Part shown: positions 49,658-58,395 of the stretch, piece after piece
Layout of the letters: each line of letters begins with the position of its first letter
How positions within the stretch are numbered: the first letter of the stretch is position 1
Source: Minisyncoccota bacterium
Lineage (GTDB): Bacteria > Patescibacteriota > Microgenomatia > UBA1400 > UBA12028
Direction: 5' to 3'
NCBI GenBank assembly: GCA_003487265.1
Contig: DNEP01000001.1
Location: forward strand, 24,572-88,571
Length of the DNA stretch: 64,000 nt
Program-made: the position numbers and the translations under genes
The notes under the pieces: model-generated
The model's input: only the letters and a program-made list of their open reading frames with translations
Told to the model about the DNA's origin: nothing
Databases searched by the model: none

Positions 49658-50820
49658 ACACGCAGCATCCTCTCGCGCAACTGCTCACACAATCGAATCA
49701 TCGATCGCACGTTGTGAATACTCGCGAGACGATAATACGCGAGTTCTTTCGCATAAAACAGATGACGCAGATACGCGCGCGAATATCCCGCAACGCATGT
49801 CGCGCAATCACACGTTTGATCTATCACCGCGTGGTCGTGTGTAAATGTGGCGTTTCCAATCTGTAATCGGCCATTGGGATATGGTGATGAAAATCGCCAA
49901 GATTCCGGATCCGCGTCACCAACTAGTTCGCCCACATACAACGCGCCGTTTCTCGCAATACGCGTCGGAGCGACGCAATCAAACATGTCAAATCCCGCGC
50001 GAACCGCGTCGATAATATTTTGCGGATCGTGTCCAAGACCCATCGCGTACCTTGGTTTATCTTTCGGCAACATGGACTCAATCCACTCCATTAACTCAAC
50101 CGTTCCCTCCATGTTATACCCAACCGTTTCCCCTCCGACCGCGATTCCATCAAACGGAAGTGCGGAGATTTCCCGCGCGGAGCGCTCGCGCAACGCGCGA
50201 ACCATGCCACCTTGAATAATGCCAAACAGCGATTGATATTTCCCGTACGCCGTTTTCCGTTGCGCGTTTTCCCATGTGTTTACGCACCGTTCCGCCCAGC
50301 GCGTCGTCCGATCCACCGCCTCCTCGACCTCCTCAACCGAAGCAGAATCATGCGACAGTTGATCAAAACACATCATGATATCCGCGCCGATGACCTGCTG
50401 GATCTCCACCGCGCGCTCGGGGGTGAACAGATGTTTTGAACCATCATATATTGAGGTAAACTCAACCCCGTTTTCCGAAATGTGTGTGGTTCGCACTCCA
50501 CCTTTGCGCACAATCTGCTCACCTAAACTAAACACTTGAAATCCACCCGAGTCAGTTAAAATCGGCCGATCCCATCGCATAAATTCGTGTAATCCACCCG
50601 CTTCTCGGATCACGTCGAGTCTGGGTTTCAGATACAAGTGATATGTATTTCCAAGTAAAATTTGCGCCTGTGTTTGCGCGACATCCTCGCTTGATAATGC
50701 CTTCACCGTTCCACGAGTCCCAACCGGCATATAGATCGGCGTTTTTACCACACCATGCTCGGTCACAAACTCCCCCGCTCTCGCCCGCCCTTTTGTTGCC
50801 AATACCCGAAATGAAAACAT
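49654..50820 (-). CDS. tgt: Queuine tRNA-ribosyltransferase (tRNA-guanine transglycosylase)
   Basis: TKGRARAGEFVTEHGVVKTPIYMPVGTRG, LGNTYHLYLKP, the catalytic LTDSGGFQVFSL, and the zinc motif CDCATCVAGYSRAYLRHL. Start moved to the internal Met (ATG at 50820); the ORF-track 52-aa N-terminal extension looks spurious. Confidence 0.85.
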   Translation of the reverse strand: MFSFRVLATKGRARAGEFVTEHGVVKTPIYMPVGTRGTVKALSSEDVAQTQAQILLGNTYHLYLKPRLDVIREAGGLHEFMRWDRPILTDSGGFQVFSLGEQIVRKGGVRTTHISENGVEFTSIYDGSKHLFTPERAVEIQQVIGADIMMCFDQLSHDSASVEEVEEAVDRTTRWAERCVNTWENAQRKTAYGKYQSLFGIIQGGMVRALRERSAREISALPFDGIAVGGETVGYNMEGTVELMEWIESMLPKDKPRYAMGLGHDPQNIIDAVRAGFDMFDCVAPTRIARNGALYVGELVGDADPESWRFSSPYPNGRLQIGNATFTHDHAVIDQTCDCATCVAGYSRAYLRHLFYAKELAYYRLASIHNVRSMIRLCEQLRERMLRV

Positions 50821-50850
50821 ACGCCTATTGTACGATATAATCTCTCTCTT

Positions 50851-51906
50851 ATGATTCTTTCTGATTTTGACTATCATCTTCCGCAAGAACGCATCGCACA
50901 AACGCCGCTCGCTACTCGCGATCACAGCCGATTGCTTTGCGTAAATCGTGCGACACAAGAGATCACACATCATCATTTTTATGATCTTCCCAACCTGCTT
51001 ACCGAAAACGACGTGTTGGTGATGAATAACTCAAAAACGATTCCTGCGCGCGTGTTTGCACACAAAATAACAGGAGGAAAACTTGAGCTCTTGTTTTTAA
51101 AATGCCTCGATCAATCCGAAAATTCCGAAACGTGGGAGGTGCTTTCCACTCCCGCGATCAAACCTTTACAGACCGTTATTTTTGATCAAACAGAGATATC
51201 CGCAACCTGCACCGAAGATCACGGATACACCAAACATCTGCGCGTAGACACACAAAGCGAATCCGTCCTTCAGCTGTTACATCGCATCGGCACCATGCCA
51301 ACGCCTCACTACATTAAAGAAAAGTTGCAAGATCAAGAACGGTATCAAACGATTTATGCAAAATTTGATGGCTCCGCCGCCACCCCCACCGCCGGCCTTC
51401 ACTTCACCACCGAACTGCTCGAAAAACTGCATCAAAAAAAGATTGAAACCATTGAACTCACCCTTCACGTTGGACTGGGAACGTTCCTCCCCGTAAAAGT
51501 TGAGGACATCACCAAACATGCGATGCATCAAGAATGGTATGAACTCACAAACGAACAAGCCAAGCGTATCAATCAAGCGAAAAAAAGCGGAAAACGCATC
51601 GTTGCGGTTGGCACAACCTCGGTTCGCACACTCGAAACCTGTGCGAATCCCGATGGAACAGTGCGAGCAGAAACAGGAAGTACCTCGATCTTTATCTATC
51701 CCCCATACACGTTCAAAACTGTTGATGCGATGATCACCAACTTTCACCTCCCAAAATCGACACTCCTCATGCTTATTTCAGCCTTTGCCACCGAAAAGGG
51801 CGAGTTTTCAACCTTTCAGGACTCCCTTGTGGGCAAAGCCTACCTCGAGGCAATCGCGCAAGAATATCGTTTCTTTTCGTTCGGCGACGCAATGCTGATC
51901 GAATAA
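50851..51906 (+). CDS. queA: S-adenosylmethionine:tRNA ribosyltransferase-isomerase
   Basis: DFDYHLPQERIAQTPLATRDHSRLL N-terminus, GLHFT, VAVGTTSVRTLE and NFHLPKSTLLMLISAF are typical QueA segments. Confidence 0.9.
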   Translation: MILSDFDYHLPQERIAQTPLATRDHSRLLCVNRATQEITHHHFYDLPNLLTENDVLVMNNSKTIPARVFAHKITGGKLELLFLKCLDQSENSETWEVLSTPAIKPLQTVIFDQTEISATCTEDHGYTKHLRVDTQSESVLQLLHRIGTMPTPHYIKEKLQDQERYQTIYAKFDGSAATPTAGLHFTTELLEKLHQKKIETIELTLHVGLGTFLPVKVEDITKHAMHQEWYELTNEQAKRINQAKKSGKRIVAVGTTSVRTLETCANPDGTVRAETGSTSIFIYPPYTFKTVDAMITNFHLPKSTLLMLISAFATEKGEFSTFQDSLVGKAYLEAIAQEYRFFSFGDAMLIE

Positions 51907-51921
51907 GGTATAATGGCCTAG

Positions 51922-53232
51922 ATGACCTCAACTTTTCATTTTGACTCATACGAACTCAAGGAAGATCGACAGACTATCGCGTTTTTCTACCATCTTCAAC
52001 TTGAAGATGCCACGCACAATTTTGTTGAAACACTACAACTGCACGCGCCGATCCCCGTTTCCTATTCTCAAAAGCTCCTCAAAAACTATCTTCTTTCACT
52101 TCATCTTGCACTTGGAATTTCGTACTGGAAGCTCACCTGCTCAAACAGCGTTCTCGTCCATTCCGGTGAACTTTCCGATCAACAAGCGGAGTTTTGGAAC
52201 ACGACCTACGGTATTGGACTTGGCGAGTTCTACTACAAAAACCAAATTGATTTTCGTGCGATAAAACCTTTCATTGGAACGCATGTCGCACAATCATTTG
52301 CTTCAAATACACAACCAAAACCCGAAAAATATCTCATTGGAATTGGCGGAGGAAAAGATTCGCTCGTTACACTCGAGGTAATGAAACAGCACGCACTCCC
52401 GTTCGATTCATTCATCGTTGATTCAGGTTTTTTATTTTCACATCCGCTGCATACCGTGAGCGAACACCTGCAATCACAGTTATATGTGAATCGACACCTT
52501 GACCCCTCTCTTTTTCAACTCAATAGTTTGGGAACCTACTATAACGGGCATATTCCCGTATCTATGATCTTCGCATTCATTGGAACCTTTGTTGCATCGG
52601 CATTCGGATATTCCGCTTTTGTCGTTTCGAACGAAGCAAGCTCAAACGAAGGAAATGTGCAGTACCTTGGATTTGAGATCAATCATCAATGGAGCAAATC
52701 GACGACGTTTGAAAAACTTTTTCAACAGTACCTCACCACATTCGGCGAACAAACATCACGCTATTTTTCTTTTCTTCGACCGTTAAATGACCTTCAAATT
52801 TCGGCCCTTTTTTCGCAGATGACGCAATATCATGCCGTGTCCACTAGTTGCAATCAAGCGTTTCGTATCACAAATACCACCACACCTGTACGATGGTGCA
52901 AGTCGTGCGCAAAATGTGTGTTTACCTACCTCATGATGAAACCTTTTCTTACCCCAGATCAACGAAATACCTTGTTCGATGGCTCTTTTCCGATTGAACG
53001 CAATTCAGACCTTATCGCACAACTCCGAGGAGAAAAAGACACAAAACCATTCGACTGTGTCGGCACACCCGAAGAAGTTGTTCAAGCGATGCGACTCGCA
53101 AACCATCAAACACTTTCTTCAACTGAAGTACTTTCGTATGGTGAAGAATCGCTCATTCCCACCCCCCTTCGCGAGATCGTTCGTGAGGCACACAAGCAGG
53201 CAATTTCCATTATTCAGAAAGCAACATTATGA
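51922..53232 (+). CDS. Uncharacterised PP-loop (N-type ATP pyrophosphatase) superfamily protein, possibly tRNA-modification related
   Basis: IGIGGGKDSLVTLEV fits the SGGxDS PP-loop at about residue 150, after a 140-aa N-terminal extension. C-terminal WCKSCAKC Cys cluster. It lies 15 nt downstream of queA on the same strand. Confidence 0.45.
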   Translation: MTSTFHFDSYELKEDRQTIAFFYHLQLEDATHNFVETLQLHAPIPVSYSQKLLKNYLLSLHLALGISYWKLTCSNSVLVHSGELSDQQAEFWNTTYGIGLGEFYYKNQIDFRAIKPFIGTHVAQSFASNTQPKPEKYLIGIGGGKDSLVTLEVMKQHALPFDSFIVDSGFLFSHPLHTVSEHLQSQLYVNRHLDPSLFQLNSLGTYYNGHIPVSMIFAFIGTFVASAFGYSAFVVSNEASSNEGNVQYLGFEINHQWSKSTTFEKLFQQYLTTFGEQTSRYFSFLRPLNDLQISALFSQMTQYHAVSTSCNQAFRITNTTTPVRWCKSCAKCVFTYLMMKPFLTPDQRNTLFDGSFPIERNSDLIAQLRGEKDTKPFDCVGTPEEVVQAMRLANHQTLSSTEVLSYGEESLIPTPLREIVREAHKQAISIIQKATL

Positions 53233-54461
53233 TTATTTCTGAAATTCAAAAACATCAAACAGTAGTTATTCTTGGCTACGGAAAAGAAGGAAAAGCGACC
53301 GAGGAATTTATAAAAAGAGTGCATCCGACTGCAAAGATCATCATCGCCGATCAATCGTGCGATCCCGAGTATCTTCAGGCACAGTTCAAAGGTGATCTAG
53401 TTATAAAAACGCCGGGAATTCCCGCGAACCTGCTCCAAGTTCCGTTCACAACCGCAACAAATATCTATTTTTCAAACTGTCGCGCAAAAAAAATCGCGAT
53501 CACGGGATCAAAAGGGAAAAGCACCACAAGCGCACTCATCACTCACGTTTTAAACTCTACCGGTCACTCGTGTAAACTTTTGGGAAATATTGGAACACCG
53601 ATGATCTCGGCTGTTTTTGAACTCGATGCCATTCACGTCATCGAGCTTTCAAGTTATCAGCTGGCGGAGTTCACCGGCACACCCGATATCGCCGTGATCA
53701 CCAACCTTTTTCCCGAGCACATGAACTATCATGGATCACTTGATTCGTATTACGAAGCGAAAAAACAGCTGATCGCGCGAATGAGTGAAAATCAATTTTT
53801 CGTGTTCAATCCTGATGTTCCAAAACTTGTAGAATGGTCCACGCAAACGCGCGCAACTGCCGTTCCCTATCTCCCCACCCTTCCCTGCGCAATTGAAGAA
53901 ACGCATCTCATTGGTGAGCACAATCATCACAACATGCGCGGGGCATATACCGTTGCAAAGTTATTTGAGATTTCTGATACCCAAATCGCCGAGGCGCTCA
54001 AAACCTTCATCCCACTTCCCCACCGTCTGCAAAATCTCGGCGTGCATGCGGGAATCACATGGATCGACGACGCGATCTCCACCACGCCCGAGTCGACGAT
54101 TGCAGGGCTCGAAGCGGTGAAAGAAACAATCGGAAAAGTCGACACGATTTTCCTCGGCGGACTTGACCGCGGATATGATTTTTCAAACCTCGCCCCCGCG
54201 CTGAAAGCAGCTGGCATCACAACCATCATCTTTTTTCCAGATTCTGGCGAAAAAATCGAACACATCTTAAAAGATCAAGGATTTACCGTACAACACGCGC
54301 TACACACCACGTCGATGCAAGAAGCCGTCGCCTTCGCACACGAACACACCCACGTGGGCGGTACCGCACTGCTTTCTTGCGCATCCCCAAGCTACTCCGT
54401 TTGGAAAAACTTTGAAGAAAAAGGTGATGCGTTTCAATCAGAGGTACAAAGACTCACGTAA
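53229..54461 (+). CDS. murD: UDP-N-acetylmuramoylalanine--D-glutamate ligase
   Basis: Mur ligase P-loop ITGSKGKSTTSAL and the central NLFPEHMNYHGS (MurD NLxPDHLDRHG) segment. C-terminal Mur_ligase_C with HRLQ. Confidence 0.75.
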   Translation: MIISEIQKHQTVVILGYGKEGKATEEFIKRVHPTAKIIIADQSCDPEYLQAQFKGDLVIKTPGIPANLLQVPFTTATNIYFSNCRAKKIAITGSKGKSTTSALITHVLNSTGHSCKLLGNIGTPMISAVFELDAIHVIELSSYQLAEFTGTPDIAVITNLFPEHMNYHGSLDSYYEAKKQLIARMSENQFFVFNPDVPKLVEWSTQTRATAVPYLPTLPCAIEETHLIGEHNHHNMRGAYTVAKLFEISDTQIAEALKTFIPLPHRLQNLGVHAGITWIDDAISTTPESTIAGLEAVKETIGKVDTIFLGGLDRGYDFSNLAPALKAAGITTIIFFPDSGEKIEHILKDQGFTVQHALHTTSMQEAVAFAHEHTHVGGTALLSCASPSYSVWKNFEEKGDAFQSEVQRLT

Positions 54462-54654
54462 AAAAACGAAACAATGCGCGTTGCGCAACTCACCGTCACG
54501 CCGTGCATTGGTCTGCACACGCGAACCTCCAAACTTTCTGAACAACAAAAACGATCCTACGTGAACAGCGACGACGGGATACATGCATCAACATTTGGAA
54601 AACAACAAATCGCAAGAGAAATGGTGAGGTTTTAAGGATTTGTTTGATTCTAAT

Positions 54655-55368
54655 TTATTTCTGTTTCAGGAACTTTTTTACTTGATCTGACCCACTGTTT
54701 ATTGGTTGTTTAAAAACAATAAAATCGGGGAATACATGAGCAAATATCATATGTTGATTGTTTGCATTAAATATAAAACATATCTTACCCAGATCTCTGT
54801 TGAGAGACAGCTTTATAAGTGTCTCATGTATGTTTTCAAATATCTTCAGAGTTAACTCTGACTCAGAAGTATTCTGCAATATAATACAATAATTGTAGGC
54901 AACGCTGTAACGTAATATTTTAGTTTTTATGCAAGAAATCAAACCTTTCTCGCTTACTTCATCTCTATATCGTTTTAGTTCAAATTCGGCATATCCTGTA
55001 AATTTGTTTTTTATTATCACATCGGGAGGATCCTGCTTGAATTTTTCCAGATCTGTGTATGAAGTTATTGTGTCTTTATAATGATTAAAAGTGTCTTTTA
55101 AATAAAAGCAAATCTCAGAATCTTCACCAAAATCTTCATATAAAAGGAGAATTGCAACCCAGTATTCGTAATCTTTGGAGTTTACTGAATTCTTGCTCCA
55201 CTTCATCGCCAAGTCTCTTAGGATGATATTATTGATGATCCTTCCTTCCAATCTAACCTCTAAAGTTTTATTTAACAAAGATAATTCGACAGGAAGTAAT
55301 AACAGATCGATCAACTCTTTGACTGTAAAACACGCCATTACTTTAGTTTTGACTTTACACAACTTCAT
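54655..55368 (-). CDS. Hypothetical protein in a markedly AT-rich segment (compositional outlier)
   Basis: 237-aa ORF. Local GC is visibly lower than in flanking genes (long A/T runs). No motif recognised. Confidence 0.35.
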   Translation of the reverse strand: MKLCKVKTKVMACFTVKELIDLLLLPVELSLLNKTLEVRLEGRIINNIILRDLAMKWSKNSVNSKDYEYWVAILLLYEDFGEDSEICFYLKDTFNHYKDTITSYTDLEKFKQDPPDVIIKNKFTGYAEFELKRYRDEVSEKGLISCIKTKILRYSVAYNYCIILQNTSESELTLKIFENIHETLIKLSLNRDLGKICFIFNANNQHMIFAHVFPDFIVFKQPINSGSDQVKKFLKQK

Positions 55369-55445
55369 AATTCAATTTCAAAATACCTCATTATTTCCTC
55401 AGTCTTGCATGGACACCGCTGATAAAAATTTGCGCTTTTTTCCCC

Positions 55446-56228
55446 TCAATCTTTTGTAGTATTCACCCTCTCTACCACCTCCATCACCCGCCTCAAATCC
55501 TCTGCTAATTCGCACACAACCTGTACTCGTTGCTTTGTTTCTGGATTGATAAACTCGATCTTTTCTGCATGCAGAAAGAGACGCGGACACCACAACAAAT
55601 CGTTCTGCAGACGACGACCGCTCCCGTAAAAAACATCGCTCACCAACGGATGATGAAGGTACTTCATGTGCGCGCGAATTTGATGCGTGCGCCCCGTTCG
55701 AGGCATGACGCGAACATACGACAGCCCTGCATCTCCAATCCCCTCGGTTTGTTCAGGTGAAACAGCATACTCCTTCATCACGACATAATCCGTTTCGCTC
55801 ACTTTTCCCGAAGGATCAACCGTATACGACTGCCTATTCGTTTGAGAACGCGCCAGCGGCAACGCAATGGTCCCCGCCCGTGCGCCAAAAACGCCATGCA
55901 CGAGCGCCAAATATTCTTTATGAACCGTTCGATCTTGAAACTGCTTCATCAGCGCAAAAAGTGTTGTGGGATTTTTTGCAATTAAGAGACACCCGCTCGT
56001 GTCACGATCGATACGATGCGCCATTCCCGACCGCTGTTGGTACACCGCGCCTTCTTCCGTCTCTACTTGCTTTGGAAACCATTCCCGACGCTCACACCAG
56101 TCCTGAATCGTTTCCTCGCGCACGGTGCTTGCGCGATTCACCACCACACCCGCGGGCTTCTCAATCACGAGCAACAACTCATTTTCAAACAGAATCTTTG
56201 GTGCTAGCTTGGTTACGTTGACGTTCAT
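55446..56228 (-). CDS. RluA-family 23S rRNA/tRNA pseudouridine synthase
   Basis: HRIDRDTSGCLLIAKN catalytic Asp motif and HQIRAHM. Confidence 0.85.
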   Translation of the reverse strand: MNVNVTKLAPKILFENELLLVIEKPAGVVVNRASTVREETIQDWCERREWFPKQVETEEGAVYQQRSGMAHRIDRDTSGCLLIAKNPTTLFALMKQFQDRTVHKEYLALVHGVFGARAGTIALPLARSQTNRQSYTVDPSGKVSETDYVVMKEYAVSPEQTEGIGDAGLSYVRVMPRTGRTHQIRAHMKYLHHPLVSDVFYGSGRRLQNDLLWCPRLFLHAEKIEFINPETKQRVQVVCELAEDLRRVMEVVERVNTTKD

Positions 56229-56655
56229 GCCTGTATTGTACCGCAATCAGCGCAATTGCAGAGAACACAAGTACAAAATCAGCAAGATTGTTCTTCACAC
56301 TCGAACCAAAAACTGAGATCGTAATCCAGTCGCGCACCGATCCATACATCAATCGATCGAATAGATTTGACCAAATTGCCCCACAAATAATTCCTATCCA
56401 CATCATAGAAAGCCCAAATTTTTTGAAATGTTTCAGTAAAAAGACATACACCACGGCCACCGCCAGAATAAGCTCATTGGGTATTTTCAAACCAAACGAA
56501 ACCCCCTCATTCATCACCACAGATCCAAAGTGAGTTGCAGTCGATTTTGAAACTTGATCAAGCAAAAAAACAATACTAAATGGTACTATCCACCGTAGGA
56601 TCGATCTCCAGTCGTGCGAAAGGAATTGGAGCACCCGTGTTTGCATCAAGTCCAT
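56185..56655 (-). CDS. lspA: Lipoprotein signal peptidase (signal peptidase II)
   Basis: 4 TM helices with the conserved NEGVSFG (NxGxAFG), DRLMYGSVRDW and NLADF boxes. Overlaps neighbouring genes at both ends. Confidence 0.8.
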   Translation of the reverse strand: MDLMQTRVLQFLSHDWRSILRWIVPFSIVFLLDQVSKSTATHFGSVVMNEGVSFGLKIPNELILAVAVVYVFLLKHFKKFGLSMMWIGIICGAIWSNLFDRLMYGSVRDWITISVFGSSVKNNLADFVLVFSAIALIAVQYRHERQRNQASTKDSV

Positions 56656-56914
56656 ATGTTCCCTTCTCCATACGATCCAGCGCCAAAGTCACACGCGCTA
56701 ATGATTCATCCAGCGTGGAGTCCATTACTTCGGATTCAATCAGTCGCACTTCTTCTGTCGCGTCCGCATCAGAACTCGCGTTATCCGACAAACGATCCTC
56801 GTCATTTACAGGACTTTCTTCTTGAACGCGTGCCAGCATCTTTGTCACTCGCATTTTTTGATCGAGCAACTTTTTTTTCAACACCGAAATTTGATCTTGG
56901 GTTAAATGATTCAT
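56576..56914 (-). CDS. DksA/TraR-family-like protein lacking the zinc-finger cysteines
   Basis: Coiled-coil N-terminus plus the C-terminal YGLDANTGAPIPFARLEIDPTVDS, which aligns with the DksA C4 region (C..CG..I...RLEA.P....C..C) but has every Cys replaced. Confidence 0.4.
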   Translation of the reverse strand: MNHLTQDQISVLKKKLLDQKMRVTKMLARVQEESPVNDEDRLSDNASSDADATEEVRLIESEVMDSTLDESLARVTLALDRMEKGTYGLDANTGAPIPFARLEIDPTVDSTI

Positions 56915-56931
56915 GCGGTGACTATATCAGA

Positions 56932-57708
56932 TTATGATGTGCGTTTCAACAAACCTCGACCAGATCTCACGTACAAAAGCACTGCTCCAAATATCAACAC
57001 AAACAAATGAAACACCCAATCAATGGGAAACAAAAACACCTTTAATTGTGCAGGTGAAACCATCGTCAGAAGCAAATGGAACAAACCATACGTAATACAA
57101 AACGTCGCAACAAGAAAACCTGTTTGGGCGGTTTTTCGATTCACGCGATACCATAAAAATGTTCGGTACACTCCCTCGAGTTTCCATAACAAAAAGAATT
57201 GAATCAAATAAAAAATTGCACTGTAGAGTTGCGTGGGATGCCGTTTATCAAAAACATTGGGAAACGACATCCCGATTGGAAGCGTTGTGGCAGTCCCAAA
57301 TCCCGTTCCACTGAAAAAGGTCCCCACCGATGCAAAAAATAAGAATAAACTCAACCCCATCACGAAAAAGTCGGCGATTTCGAATGTTTTGAGTTTTTTA
57401 TGCGCGGTAAGCCGAAATAACACCACCCACCCCACAATTAACCCCGTCACACCAAACAACCCAGGGAACTCAAAAAGCGAAAACCACCGAACAACCGACA
57501 GTCCGAATATATCTGCGTGCGCAAGAATAAACCCCACACGTGCACCAATGTACCCCCAAAACACCGTTGAAAACAAAACGTCAAATAAATCGGAAAGATC
57601 ATAGTACTCTTCTCTCCCCTTTTTCCAAATCACAAAACTCGCAAAAAAGAATCCGAGTGCAAGAAAAAGTCCATATGAAAAAAAACGTAAAACTGGAATC
57701 ACATTCAT
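56932..57708 (-). CDS. lgt: Prolipoprotein diacylglyceryl transferase
   Basis: Polytopic membrane protein with the conserved GARVGFILAH...KRHPTQLYSAIFYL segment (Lgt signature H..P.QLYE). Confidence 0.75.
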   Translation of the reverse strand: MNVIPVLRFFSYGLFLALGFFFASFVIWKKGREEYYDLSDLFDVLFSTVFWGYIGARVGFILAHADIFGLSVVRWFSLFEFPGLFGVTGLIVGWVVLFRLTAHKKLKTFEIADFFVMGLSLFLFFASVGTFFSGTGFGTATTLPIGMSFPNVFDKRHPTQLYSAIFYLIQFFLLWKLEGVYRTFLWYRVNRKTAQTGFLVATFCITYGLFHLLLTMVSPAQLKVFLFPIDWVFHLFVLIFGAVLLYVRSGRGLLKRTS

Positions 57709-57777
57709 GATGATAGTGTATCATGAGCGAAAATTTTCGCGCTAGATTCTCATCTCACAGTTCGCTATACTTGTCGA

Positions 57778-58230
57778 ATGCTTTCAATCGCGCACTGCGC
57801 AACGGGCGCATTTCTTGCCACAAAACTACAAAACCCGCTGTTGTTTGTTCCAATCACGCTCGGATCGCATTATGTTGAAGATTGGATCAAACATTGGGAT
57901 GTTGGCACTGGGCTTTCACATGGCTTACGCAAACGATCAACCGCGTTTCTCCTTGAACTCATCGATCTTGCTGTTGCGGGCGGTGTGGTTTTTGCACTCT
58001 ACCCCCTGCGATTCCCACTCACGTGGAGTTCAATTATTCCGTACGTCGGTGCGTTTGTTGCGCTGATCCCAGACTTCCTTGAGGCACCGCGAAACTTTTT
58101 GAAATGGGAGCCGTGGTTTCTCAAACCGTTCAACGCGTTCCACCACCATATTCATCGCTCGATTCCCAATATGTGGGTTGGGCTTGCACCTCAGGTGCTT
58201 GTGCTTCTTTTCATCTTTTTCGCAAAATAA
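57778..58230 (+). CDS. Hypothetical membrane protein (150 aa)
   Basis: Hydrophobic ORF with 4 predicted helices. Confidence 0.35.
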   Translation: MLSIAHCATGAFLATKLQNPLLFVPITLGSHYVEDWIKHWDVGTGLSHGLRKRSTAFLLELIDLAVAGGVVFALYPLRFPLTWSSIIPYVGAFVALIPDFLEAPRNFLKWEPWFLKPFNAFHHHIHRSIPNMWVGLAPQVLVLLFIFFAK

Positions 58231-58278
58231 AATCAGAAAAATGCGATATAATCAGATCTCTAGTCCGAGCTTCACCTT

Positions 58279-58362
58279 GCCGGGGTGCTGAAATGGTAGA
58301 CAGGCTAGTCTCAAAAACTGGTGAGCTTTACGCTCATGAGGGTTCAAGTCCCTCCCTCGGCA
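58279..58362 (+). tRNA. tRNA-Leu (anticodon CAA)
   Basis: GCCGGGGTG...AATGGTAGA...CTAGT-CTCAAAA-ACTGG...long variable arm TGAGCTTTACGCTCA...GAGGGTTCAAGTCCCTC-CCTCGGC-A. Aligns closely with a bacterial tRNA-Leu cloverleaf with anticodon loop CUCAAAA. No CCA is encoded. Confidence 0.85.
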
Positions 58363-58395
58363 CAGAAAAGACGCATCAATACTATGTACAATAAA

